Shown here piece after piece: positions 48,441 through 56,635 of a stretch of DNA of 64,000 nucleotides (positions are counted from its first letter, which is position 1; every line of letters begins with the position of its first letter). Origin of the DNA: a virus. The stretch spans positions 96,001 through 160,000 of the IMG/VR virus record IMGVR_UViG_3300027754_000039; one strand, written 5' to 3'. The position numbers and the translations under genes were made by a program. The notes under the pieces were generated by a model that worked only from the letters and a program-made list of their open reading frames with translations, searched no databases and had not been told where the DNA came from.

Positions 48441-48872
48441 TTATTTTTTGATGGATCTTTCTCCTTTATGCTTGTCTATTTGATCAAGTATATTGTTTAG
48501 AAGCTTGGTTTTTATAAACCCTGCCATTGAGGCATTTTTAAGAGCACTGATGATTTGAAATATTAAAAATGGAGTTATGATAACTTCACTTAACCAAGCA
48601 GTTCCGGTAAATCCTTTCTCTACCATTAGCGTAGCAGTTAATATAACAATCCAAGTAAATATATTTCTTAATACTTGAATGGCTTTATAAGTCTTGAATC
48701 CTTCTCGTTTGATGCCGGCAATGATCCCAAAGAATCCGTCCATGAACATAACGGCTATCACTGCCATGTATTGTTCTATATTATTTGTCGTGACATCAAG
48801 TATATATGATAATACATATGCCGTTGATGCTGATATAGCGGCTATTAACCAGGAAAGTTTTGCACTAAACAT
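48441..48872 (-). CDS. Holin (phage holin 4_1-like)
   Basis: Multi-TM; MDGFFGIIAG..REGF...IISALKNA...G; late motif upstream. Confidence 0.8.
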   Translation of the reverse strand: MFSAKLSWLIAAISASTAYVLSYILDVTTNNIEQYMAVIAVMFMDGFFGIIAGIKREGFKTYKAIQVLRNIFTWIVILTATLMVEKGFTGTAWLSEVIITPFLIFQIISALKNASMAGFIKTKLLNNILDQIDKHKGERSIKK

Positions 48873-48973
48873 TATTCTATTCTTAAGAAACGTTATTATT
48901 AATAATACAAAACTTTTGTAATAATTTTATTATAAATATCGTAATAAAATAAATTAATTGAATTTATTAATTG

Positions 48974-49078
48974 TTATTTTACAAAATCAGTATATAGGTT
49001 TTCAAGCTCGGAAATTATACCCAGTAATGCTATTAGTAATATACTAGCTATTCCAATTTTATCTAATACTGATTTCAT
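48974..49078 (-). CDS. Small TM peptide (34 aa)
   Basis: Manual: MKSVLDKIGIASILLIALLGIISELENLYTDFVK*; ATGA-coupled to a 27-aa ORF at 49075-49158. Confidence 0.45.
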   Translation of the reverse strand: MKSVLDKIGIASILLIALLGIISELENLYTDFVK

Positions 49079-49161
49079 ATTTTGCCCCATCCTTGGTGAA
49101 TCCCACATTTAATTCTATACGACTCGATTATTGCTAAAAAATTAATTATCTTTTTCATAAT

Positions 49162-50412
49162 CTAATTGCTTAAAGGTGCTTTAATACTTGGATGTGATTG
49201 ATAATTACTTAATTGCAAATCTTCTTCTAATAAACATCTACAAAAGTTTTCATCGTTAAATGCTTCAAATACTTTAACAGCATCTAACGGTCCTTCACCA
49301 CACTCACCACCTTCATAAGGCCAGAACTCTGTATTGATGTTTAATGTTGGTAGTTCAAATCTATCTCTACCAATCTGTTCTTTAGCTTGTTCAATATGAT
49401 TTGAATATAAATGTGTATCACCTAAATTTCCAATCAATTCATCAGGAACCATATTAACAGCTTTAGCAATGATTTCTAATAACAATCCATAAGATGCTAT
49501 GTTAAATGGTAAACCAAGGAATGTATCTACTGAGCGTTGATTCCATATTAAAGAGATTGTTCTGGTTGGTATTTTGTAAGGTGTGTTATCTACATTAGTA
49601 GGAACCATCATATCAGCTAAAGGCCCATATTTTTCTTTCCATATTGGAAGAGCTAGTTGATGTCTTTCTTCCATACTCAACTCTCTTGTATAAACTTGAA
49701 ATCCATAATGACAAGGTGGAAGTGTCATTTGGTCTAATTCTCCAACATTCCAGCTATTAACCATTAATCGTCTTGAATCTGGATTTGTTTTAAGGTCGTT
49801 GATTAGGTTTGCGATTTGGTCTATTTGTTTAATTTCAACATCATACTTATGTTTTCTATAATTCATCATTCCGTCACGACTTACATATGTGTTATGATTA
49901 CTTAATTCATATGTTTCCCAACTTCTCCATTGCTTACCATAAATTGGACCTAACTCACCCCACTTTTTAGCAAACTCATCATCAGTTTTTATTTTGTTGA
50001 TGAATTCTTCTTGTGTCAAATGACGAGTAGGGTGAGGAGATACTATAGAACGCCCATTTAACAAACACCAACCTTTATCCCTATTTTGATAAAGAATGTT
50101 TGTATGATGGTCGTGTATTGTTGCTAGTGGATATTTTGTATAGTTCTTATAAGCATCACCATCCCATATATGGCAATCATTATCAACAAGGAATTTAATG
50201 TTAGTACTCCCTTGGAGGAACCATAACAACTCTGTTGCGATAAGCCGTAGTGGTATCTTTTTGGTTGTGAGTAAAGGAAACCCATCACTCATTTTATGAC
50301 GAATCTGTCTTCCGAATATACTTAAAACCTCACCATTACGAGTATTCTTCTTCACTCCATTATCTAAGATGTCTTGGAGTAGGTCTGTGTACTGTTTATC
50401 TAGGTTGTTCAT
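49162..50412 (-). CDS. thyA: Thymidylate synthase ThyA with loop insertions
   Basis: FPLLTTKK..ELLWFL.G, LGPIYGKQWR, LPPCHYGFQ, NQRSVDTFLGLPFNIASY, GDTHLY.NH. Confidence 0.97.
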   Translation of the reverse strand: MNNLDKQYTDLLQDILDNGVKKNTRNGEVLSIFGRQIRHKMSDGFPLLTTKKIPLRLIATELLWFLQGSTNIKFLVDNDCHIWDGDAYKNYTKYPLATIHDHHTNILYQNRDKGWCLLNGRSIVSPHPTRHLTQEEFINKIKTDDEFAKKWGELGPIYGKQWRSWETYELSNHNTYVSRDGMMNYRKHKYDVEIKQIDQIANLINDLKTNPDSRRLMVNSWNVGELDQMTLPPCHYGFQVYTRELSMEERHQLALPIWKEKYGPLADMMVPTNVDNTPYKIPTRTISLIWNQRSVDTFLGLPFNIASYGLLLEIIAKAVNMVPDELIGNLGDTHLYSNHIEQAKEQIGRDRFELPTLNINTEFWPYEGGECGEGPLDAVKVFEAFNDENFCRCLLEEDLQLSNYQSHPSIKAPLSN

Positions 50413-50618
50413 TTTGCTTGTATTGTAGTAACATTAACTAACTCAGGTAGTTTACCTTCGGTTGATATTAATTTTTGATATTTTTCATCTCCAACTATAC
50501 CATCTATAGTCCATTCAGTTTTAATACCATTTTCATATAGTGGTATTGAGTATGTTGAAGGTAAGGGTTTAATAAACTCTTTACCATTTAAGTCCCATTT
50601 TTTATCTAGGTTGTTCAT
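50409..50618 (-). CDS. Hypothetical protein whose first six codons duplicate those of thyA
   Basis: MNNLDK; 18-nt direct repeat at 50395-50412 and 50601-50618. Confidence 0.65.
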   Translation of the reverse strand: MNNLDKKWDLNGKEFIKPLPSTYSIPLYENGIKTEWTIDGIVGDEKYQKLISTEGKLPELVNVTTIQAK

Positions 50619-50862
50619 CTTTATTTAGTTTAGCAAATTTATGGATTGGTTTAAAATTGTCGTAAGGCATAAATTGTTCTATTATTTCAAATTCTACTTC
50701 TAGTCCATCATAGCTAGCATCAGTATCGCGTATGAATAATCCGGCAGCGTCATCAGGATGTAATGGTAGCATTCTTATACCATTTCCATTTTTAGTGGTT
50801 GTGTCTGCCCACCATACCACCCAGTCAGCCGGTTCTATTCGTTTTACTAAACTACCTTTCAT
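50602..50862 (-). CDS. Hypothetical protein
   Basis: ORF track and operon context. Confidence 0.6.
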   Translation of the reverse strand: MKGSLVKRIEPADWVVWWADTTTKNGNGIRMLPLHPDDAAGLFIRDTDASYDGLEVEFEIIEQFMPYDNFKPIHKFAKLNKDEQPR

Positions 50863-51061
50863 ATTTTATTCTGTATATGGTTTCGTGATTATTTTCTTTT
50901 ACTACTTTTATATATTCCTTATTAAAATCATATGACTCTAAGTTATCCCACCTATCACTAAAACTTACTGTTGTTAGATTTGGTTCAAAGCTTTTTCCCC
51001 TAAGTCGAACTTCTTCCATATACTGATTTAGTTCAGATTGGGTTTTAATTAGTCTGACCAT
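50852..51061 (-). CDS. Hypothetical protein
   Basis: ORF track and operon context. Confidence 0.6.
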   Translation of the reverse strand: MVRLIKTQSELNQYMEEVRLRGKSFEPNLTTVSFSDRWDNLESYDFNKEYIKVVKENNHETIYRIKYER

Positions 51062-51194
51062 TAATAATCTCGTTTAATCGTTTAATTTCAGCGATTACAT
51101 CATCACCTAATTCTATTTTGGACATCATTGTTAAGTCCATTACTTGAGAGTGTAATACTTTGATTAACTCATCTTTTGCTTCTTCTTTGTTCAT
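51045..51194 (-). CDS. Small hypothetical protein (49 aa)
   Basis: Manual: MNKEEAKDELIKVLHSQVMDLTMMSKIELGDDVIAEIKRLNEIINGQTN*. Confidence 0.6.
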   Translation of the reverse strand: MNKEEAKDELIKVLHSQVMDLTMMSKIELGDDVIAEIKRLNEIINGQTN

Positions 51195-51216
51195 AACTTA
51201 TTTGTTTAATTTTAAA

Positions 51217-51247
51217 GTAAAAGGGCGGGATCCTTGCCCCGCCTCTT
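51217..51247 (-). terminator. Rho-independent terminator
   Basis: GGCGGG-GCAAGGAT-CCCGCC hairpin followed by CTTTT. Confidence 0.7.
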
Positions 51248-51260
51248 AAATCATCTTAAC

Positions 51261-51437
51261 TTAGTTAACTGAAGTCGTGTCTACTGCTAATACTGACTCA
51301 GTTGTGATAGCAACTGTAGTGTCACAAGCAACAGCACAAGAATCAACCGGAGTTGTTTCAGAAGCTGGAGCGTTTGAACTACAAGAAGCGAATAATGCAA
51401 CTGCAGCAATAGCTAGAACGAAAATTGAATTTTTCAT
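51261..51437 (-). CDS. Small lipoprotein (58 aa)
   Basis: Manual: MKNSIFVLAIAAVALFAS|CSSNAPASETTPVDSCAVACDTTVAITTESVLAVDTTSVN*. Confidence 0.75.
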   Translation of the reverse strand: MKNSIFVLAIAAVALFASCSSNAPASETTPVDSCAVACDTTVAITTESVLAVDTTSVN

Positions 51438-51490
51438 TTTTCTTTTTTATTAATTGTTAAACATAAATATAAGGTACCTTTCTTATATCG

Positions 51491-51861
51491 TGGACCCGGA
51501 GAGATTCGAACTCTCGTCCAAATTAAGTACTTCAATAAATTCATTTACAAGCTTAGTCTTGTTTTTCTAAACAGACAAAATAATCAATTTTTTGGATCTT
51601 TAGAGAAATTGATAAAAACTGTGCAACCAGATAAGTCAGGCCTACTTCACTGTTTGTGCCCTTCTGTTCCTAGGATAGACACACCCCGTTAACTATGCTG
51701 CTATTGCAACTTCGTTGCTTACGAAAGACAATGCGTCTTCGAAAGTGAAATCAGAGATTTCGTTTGCGTTTAAGCTTTTATATAGGTTATTAAAGAGTTT
51801 CCAATACTAACTCTGCTTGCATTTAAAGTAATACGCTTAACTGTCAAAACCGGTCGGGCCC
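51491..51861 (-). ncRNA. ssrA: tmRNA (371 nt), tag ANEISDFTFEDALSFVSNEVAIAA*
   Basis: 5' GGGCCCGACCGGTTTTGACAG, 3' GAGAG-TTCGAAT-CTCTC-CGGGTCC-A; acceptor has G3.U70; tag ORF 51767-51693 after TTAAAC. Confidence 0.95.
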
Positions 51862-51873
51862 ATATTACTAGTA

Positions 51874-51905
51874 TAAATATATAAATTTCTTATGAAACTT
51901 CCAAA
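51874..51905 (-). promoter_or_regulatory. Promoter TTTG-N20-TATATTTA (tmRNA); overlaps a late-type ATATTTAT motif
   Basis: Family member, 12 nt before the tmRNA 5' end. Confidence 0.7.
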
Positions 51906-51910
51906 TTAAA

Positions 51911-52297
51911 TTAATAATTCGGATCTATTTCATCATCTTCAAAAAGAAGACCTTCATCTTTAGTTACATCTTCTTCAACTACTACAGGCTCTTCAATTAA
52001 AGAGTTAGATATTGAAGGAATATTAATGATATCATCACTAACATCAGGAATGTAAGTTTCATCAATTTTATATTTCTTATAAAACAACCGAGTTAAATAA
52101 GTGTCAATACATTGATTCATTGCCACATCTACCTGCAGTTCTGAATATACTTTAGTGTCTTCACATAGAACATCGTATGTAAACTTTTTTCCAACTGGTC
52201 GAGCAAAGACTACCTTGCCTACTAATTTTCGCTCACCGAATCGTATTACTACAGGTTGGTTATTTGCGAATTTTCTTCTTTTAGATTGTCTTGCCAT
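51911..52297 (-). CDS. Hypothetical protein (SH3/Tudor-like N-terminus, acidic tail)
   Basis: ORF track. Confidence 0.65.
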   Translation of the reverse strand: MARQSKRRKFANNQPVVIRFGERKLVGKVVFARPVGKKFTYDVLCEDTKVYSELQVDVAMNQCIDTYLTRLFYKKYKIDETYIPDVSDDIINIPSISNSLIEEPVVVEEDVTKDEGLLFEDDEIDPNY

Positions 52298-52302
52298 AAT
52301 AA

Positions 52303-52506
52303 TTATTCTGCGCTGTAAACGTCAATGATACGAGATTGAGAAACTGATTTCACTTCAAAGTCTTGAGGATAATCTTTAAACTTATCATGTACAATTGCTT
52401 CTGCATCTGTTACTGACTCTGCTTTTACTAAATACGTTTCTGATTTTTTCTTTACATGACCTTTGTCATTTGTAAATTCTAATTTTACTGTTGCTGTGTA
52501 ATACAT
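52303..52506 (-). CDS. DUF4494-like protein
   Basis: MYYTATVK...KKKSETYLVKAESVTDAEA..V.SVSQSRIIDV resembles the Bacteroidota DUF4494 family; start revised. Confidence 0.7.
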   Translation of the reverse strand: MYYTATVKLEFTNDKGHVKKKSETYLVKAESVTDAEAIVHDKFKDYPQDFEVKSVSQSRIIDVYSAE

Positions 52507-52516
52507 ACTTTTTATT

Positions 52517-52729
52517 TTATTTGTTAAACGATTCAATGATTCCTTTGAATAATAATACTATGATTAGAGTGATGATAACTGCTACCGATGGTATCCATAA
52601 TGGCGCTGTTACCCACCACCAGGACCATTTAGCTACTTCACCCCAACCACCAAGCTTAAGTGTTAGAAATATAAGGAATAGAATTGTTCCTATACCAAAG
52701 CCTGTTGATGTTGTTTTGCTTTCTGCCAT
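52517..52729 (-). CDS. Small two-TM membrane protein
   Basis: LFLIFLTLKL.G.....WSWWWVTAPLWIP. Confidence 0.75.
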   Translation of the reverse strand: MAESKTTSTGFGIGTILFLIFLTLKLGGWGEVAKWSWWWVTAPLWIPSVAVIITLIIVLLFKGIIESFNK

Positions 52730-52749
52730 TTTATTTATTTTCTATATTG

Positions 52750-52781
52750 TAAAGATAAGATATTCTAATGTAAGTACCAAA
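52750..52781 (-). promoter_or_regulatory. Promoter TTTG-N20-TATCTTTA
   Basis: 31/32 identical to 54693-54724. Confidence 0.8.
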
Positions 52782-53288
52782 TTAAAAAGGAATTTCTTTT
52801 AAATAATCTTTCAAGCTTCTTGTAAACTGAATTTGAAATATTTCCTGTAATCTTTCGTAGGTAGCATTTAATAATGTAGCTGCATCATTTGGTATAAGAA
52901 ATAATTCTCTATACATTGAATTTCTAATGTCTATCACAAATGTAAGAAGTAATCTAGATATTGTAACGCTATCCTGATTTTCTATTTGGTTTGCCGCTAT
53001 CGTCAGCATATCTATTAATAAATTAAGCTTGCAGATAATTTCTTCTCGCTTAGATAATTTATCGTTAGGATATACATTATTAATTCGTTTAGGATCTTTA
53101 AGACGCTCTGCATAATATCTATCTAACTGATACCATTTTGGATCTATTTCAATTCGAAATTCTATTTTAATTAACTTAGAAGCTTCTAATAAAGTAAATC
53201 GCTCAACAAGCGTCAATGCAGTTCTGTATGCATCTAATGTCATAGGGGTTAAAGGGGTTTTATTCGTTTCTTTAAAGAAATTACTCAT
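52782..53288 (-). CDS. Hypothetical protein
   Basis: ORF track. Confidence 0.65.
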   Translation of the reverse strand: MSNFFKETNKTPLTPMTLDAYRTALTLVERFTLLEASKLIKIEFRIEIDPKWYQLDRYYAERLKDPKRINNVYPNDKLSKREEIICKLNLLIDMLTIAANQIENQDSVTISRLLLTFVIDIRNSMYRELFLIPNDAATLLNATYERLQEIFQIQFTRSLKDYLKEIPF

Positions 53289-53599
53289 TTCAATCCTGAT
53301 ACTATATATAATAAACTAACTAGCGATAACGGAGATACATACCCTACGGAATTTGCTTCTCCAAACTTTTCAGTGATGTTGTTTTTATTTTTGTCATAAA
53401 CTTCAACTTCACAGTCAGGTGTCATATATCCTCCAAACCTTGCGCCCATAATTACATGTAAATCAGTTTTGTCTTCTAAAGAAAAAGTTGATTTAGTACC
53501 CATACCATTCTTAACTATTACAGTATACATATTTGGAAAGGTTAATTGAAACCCATTGCCAAAGCACTTAAGTAATGGCTGATGATTTAATATTTGCAT
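53285..53599 (-). CDS. Hypothetical protein
   Basis: ORF track. Confidence 0.65.
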   Translation of the reverse strand: MQILNHQPLLKCFGNGFQLTFPNMYTVIVKNGMGTKSTFSLEDKTDLHVIMGARFGGYMTPDCEVEVYDKNKNNITEKFGEANSVGYVSPLSLVSLLYIVSGLK

Positions 53600-53964
53600 T
53601 AGTTGTAATTGATGTTGTTAAGCAAATTTTGTACTCGACCTTTTTCAGTCGGTTGATAAAAAATTTCCATATTGTCTTCATTGATATAAGATTCAATCAT
53701 TCCTTTTTCTTGAAGACATTCTAAGTGATAATCAGTTACGGCATATTTCATACTGTCGTCAAATTGATCGAAACTCAACTCTGGATTGTTTCTTTCTAAA
53801 TAATTTTCCATTGCCATTATTTCAATAATTTCAATTAACAGCGTTTCAAATTTGTTACGATCTTGAATTCCAGATTCATTTAACATTTCCATATATTCTT
53901 CATATCCGAATATATACCGTTTCATGGACTCTACATAAACTACTACATCATTTGGCTTTTTCAT
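53599..53964 (-). CDS. Hypothetical acidic protein
   Basis: ORF track. Confidence 0.65.
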   Translation of the reverse strand: MKKPNDVVVYVESMKRYIFGYEEYMEMLNESGIQDRNKFETLLIEIIEIMAMENYLERNNPELSFDQFDDSMKYAVTDYHLECLQEKGMIESYINEDNMEIFYQPTEKGRVQNLLNNINYN

Positions 53965-53971
53965 ATATGTT

Positions 53972-54280
53972 TTATTTATTGGTTACTGATTTAATGTGTT
54001 TGCAAGTTCTATGATAATTAAATCCTACACAGCTGCATGAATTACCACGCTTACTATCTATTACAACATCGTAAATATCTCCTTTAGATCCCACAACTTT
54101 ATGCATTGTCTTCGAAGCAACTTTTATAGTTTTCTTTAAGCCTACAATTTCAATATCTGAAAATATAGTTCCATTTGGAACTTCTACCCAGCCCGGGCAC
54201 ACAAATGTTTTATCTCGAAAAGACATTATAGTAAATGCTCCTGTTGGCATTACTTTATTAGCTGGTATTTTAATTTTCAT
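53972..54280 (-). CDS. SWIM zinc-finger protein
   Basis: CSCVGF..H.TCKHI. Confidence 0.8.
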   Translation of the reverse strand: MKIKIPANKVMPTGAFTIMSFRDKTFVCPGWVEVPNGTIFSDIEIVGLKKTIKVASKTMHKVVGSKGDIYDVVIDSKRGNSCSCVGFNYHRTCKHIKSVTNK

Positions 54281-54665
54281 TTTTTGGGCTATTGTTAATT
54301 AACAATTCTTCTACTATTTTATTATCAATAAATCTAGATACAGAACAGAATTCTAATTCTACATCATCTTCAATATTTTTTTTAAGGTCATTATATTGAG
54401 CTTCATTTTCTAACGATCCACATTGAGTAGCAATACTATGATATACTTTTAATCTATAAGCACCATAAGGATTTTTAAGTTCTTCAATTTTCCAATCTTC
54501 TTCTGTTAATTCAGATAATTTCTTATCTCTATTGATAATAGTTGCTGAACGATGATATCCACAATTATTACAATTAATATACTCTTCTCCTGTTTTGTAA
54601 TAGAAGTCGTCATACGCTTCGTGTTTACAATTTGGACATTCAATGCAATCAAGTACGCTTCCCAT
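54270..54665 (-). CDS. Zinc-ribbon protein
   Basis: CPNC...CNNCG. Confidence 0.7.
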   Translation of the reverse strand: MGSVLDCIECPNCKHEAYDDFYYKTGEEYINCNNCGYHRSATIINRDKKLSELTEEDWKIEELKNPYGAYRLKVYHSIATQCGSLENEAQYNDLKKNIEDDVELEFCSVSRFIDNKIVEELLINNSPKNEN

Positions 54666-54690
54666 ATATATATTTTTTAATTTCTTATTA

Positions 54691-54722
54691 TTAAGATAAG
54701 TTATTCTAATGTAAGTACCAAA
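54691..54722 (-). promoter_or_regulatory. Promoter TTTG-N20-TATCTTAA
   Basis: Near-identical repeat. Confidence 0.8.
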
Positions 54723-55292
54723 TTATTTTCTCCAATATTTAAAAGATTCTTCAATTTCTTTTGAAACCGATCCTTTTAAAATGTTAGGTTCATATTTTCC
54801 ATAAGGATTATATTTCTCTGGTTTCTTTTGAGAAATTTCTTTTGTATGAATTGCATTGATTAATTTTAAAATTTTTTGAAATTGACCGAATGATATTACT
54901 CTTTCGCTAACTTTCTCCGAAAGAAACCTATTTAATTTGTCTATACCAAGCAATTCATATAGGTCCATAGCCTTAATACCTATTTCCTCAAAAGTTGCTG
55001 CATCGGCTTGAAATATAAATCCAACTGCTAGCCCATTTGACTTTGCTCCACCTGATACTCCAGGTTTCATTCCACGCATTGTACCAAAGCCGGCGCGTGA
55101 ACTCATTCGATGAAATTCTTCTGCTTGTTTTTTATCTTTGATAACACAAACTTCATTTCCTGTCTTATGGTGTATAACGTGACCGCCTGACCATTTTTCT
55201 TCTGTAGAGCAGTTTATACAAGTAGTTGCTGTTGGTAATACCTTAAGACGACCTTCTGGTATTGTAATATCACATAATTCGCATTTTTTCAT
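54723..55292 (-). CDS. Protein with an N-terminal DksA/TraR-type C4 zinc finger
   Basis: CELC...IPEGRL.VLP....CINC. Confidence 0.75.
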   Translation of the reverse strand: MKKCELCDITIPEGRLKVLPTATTCINCSTEEKWSGGHVIHHKTGNEVCVIKDKKQAEEFHRMSSRAGFGTMRGMKPGVSGGAKSNGLAVGFIFQADAATFEEIGIKAMDLYELLGIDKLNRFLSEKVSERVISFGQFQKILKLINAIHTKEISQKKPEKYNPYGKYEPNILKGSVSKEIEESFKYWRK

Positions 55293-55296
55293 ATCT

Positions 55297-55328
55297 TTAA
55301 GATAAGTTATTCTAATGAAAGTACCAAA
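55297..55328 (-). promoter_or_regulatory. Promoter TTTG-N20-TATCTTAA
   Basis: 31/32 identical to 54693-54724. Confidence 0.8.
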
Positions 55329-55706
55329 TTAAATTTTACTAATCCAAATAAAAATTTTATTATTAGTTTGAATGTTACTAAACGTAACTTGAATGGATGT
55401 TGTTATGGAAGTAATGTTATTTGATAATGACCCTGAAATATTTCCAAACGCAGTGTTGTGTATAATTAAAGAATGTGTTCCATTTGGAATAGTAGTGCAT
55501 GAATAATCCTTCTCTACTCCGTTAATATAGCATTTATTATCTTCATAAAAGTCTAAGGTATCGCCTAGAGCAGTCGGTATTGCAATCGTATTATAAGAGT
55601 ATCGATCCATTGTCCAGACTGTACCTTTTAAAGGATTAGGCGCCGGAGTTATGGTCTTTTTTTTACAGGAAGATAATAATATCAACGCAATTAGTACGTA
55701 CTTCAT
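55329..55706 (-). CDS. Lipoprotein (lipocalin-like beta fold possible)
   Basis: LILLSS|C lipobox; LKGTVW...TLDF. Confidence 0.75.
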   Translation of the reverse strand: MKYVLIALILLSSCKKKTITPAPNPLKGTVWTMDRYSYNTIAIPTALGDTLDFYEDNKCYINGVEKDYSCTTIPNGTHSLIIHNTAFGNISGSLSNNITSITTSIQVTFSNIQTNNKIFIWISKI

Positions 55707-56014
55707 ATCTTAATTTTATTTTGCATTACAGTAATACATTTAACGTCGGTACCGGTACCAACCCTGCGCTGATAAGATACTGTTTGATAATAGCCAGTTA
55801 CCAATTTCATATGCTGGGTTATAGTATCAAAGTTAATATTACCATAATCTGAAACTTCTAAATACTTTAAATAGCTAGCTTTAAGCGGATGATCCAAATC
55901 CAAAGCTCGCACCCAACGTTTAATTTGCCGAGTAGTTACAATAGAACCTGTCGGAGCTGTATGTTTAAGAAACTTTTCAAACTCCTCTATAAATTCTTTG
56001 TATCTTGAATCCAT
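55703..56014 (-). CDS. Hypothetical protein
   Basis: ORF track. Confidence 0.6.
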   Translation of the reverse strand: MDSRYKEFIEEFEKFLKHTAPTGSIVTTRQIKRWVRALDLDHPLKASYLKYLEVSDYGNINFDTITQHMKLVTGYYQTVSYQRRVGTGTDVKCITVMQNKIKI

Positions 56015-56018
56015 CTTA

Positions 56019-56279
56019 TTATAATTTTTGAACTTGTTCCATGATATCAGTTACTTCATCTTCAGACAAATATCCAATCACGTCATTGGTGACAGAAGTA
56101 TTGTATGTCAAATTCCCATGCTCATCTAGCACAGCTAGTTCATATAGACCTTCTTTACCTCCATATGTAAATGAAGTGCGAACTACGGATACTCCATAGT
56201 CATTATCAAATGATAATCTTGACTGAATACCTTCACCCATGGCGTGAGTCTTGAATTCTAAATCTTTAAATGTTTTCAT
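56019..56279 (-). CDS. Conserved phage hypothetical protein
   Basis: F.N.YGVSV.......G..GLYELAVL...NDVIGYL. Confidence 0.75.
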   Translation of the reverse strand: MKTFKDLEFKTHAMGEGIQSRLSFDNDYGVSVVRTSFTYGGKEGLYELAVLDEHGNLTYNTSVTNDVIGYLSEDEVTDIMEQVQKL

Positions 56280-56280
56280 G

Positions 56281-56631
56281 TTATTTATTTTTAAATAAAA
56301 TTATTCCTCCTGTTAATGTAAGCCCAACTCCAATAGCACCAATACCATAGTTAAGAGCTAAATCTTTTGATAAGCTATATCCATTATAACCATTAGGTAA
56401 ATTTCGATTAATTCTTGATCTTTCCAACCAATAATTAATAGCACTGAACATTACACCTGACGCTAAAATCAAAGCTCCATTAGTGCGTAGCTCGTTAGGG
56501 TTTCTAATGTGTAAATTAATTTCACGAGTTTCGTTACCACGACTTAACATGTAAACCTTTGTCGAGTCCAACCCTCCAGCTTTACAATATAAAGTGGATA
56601 GGATAAATGCTGATATTAATATTTTTTTCAT
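56281..56631 (-). CDS. Exported/membrane protein
   Basis: Signal-like N-terminus and two TMs. Confidence 0.65.
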   Translation of the reverse strand: MKKILISAFILSTLYCKAGGLDSTKVYMLSRGNETREINLHIRNPNELRTNGALILASGVMFSAINYWLERSRINRNLPNGYNGYSLSKDLALNYGIGAIGVGLTLTGGIILFKNK

Positions 56632-56635
56632 TTCT

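Noticed and set aside
49162-50412. Group I intron or intein in thyA (as in T4 td)
   Set aside because: The ORF is continuous; the insertions are short and in frame, with no C...HN intein ends.
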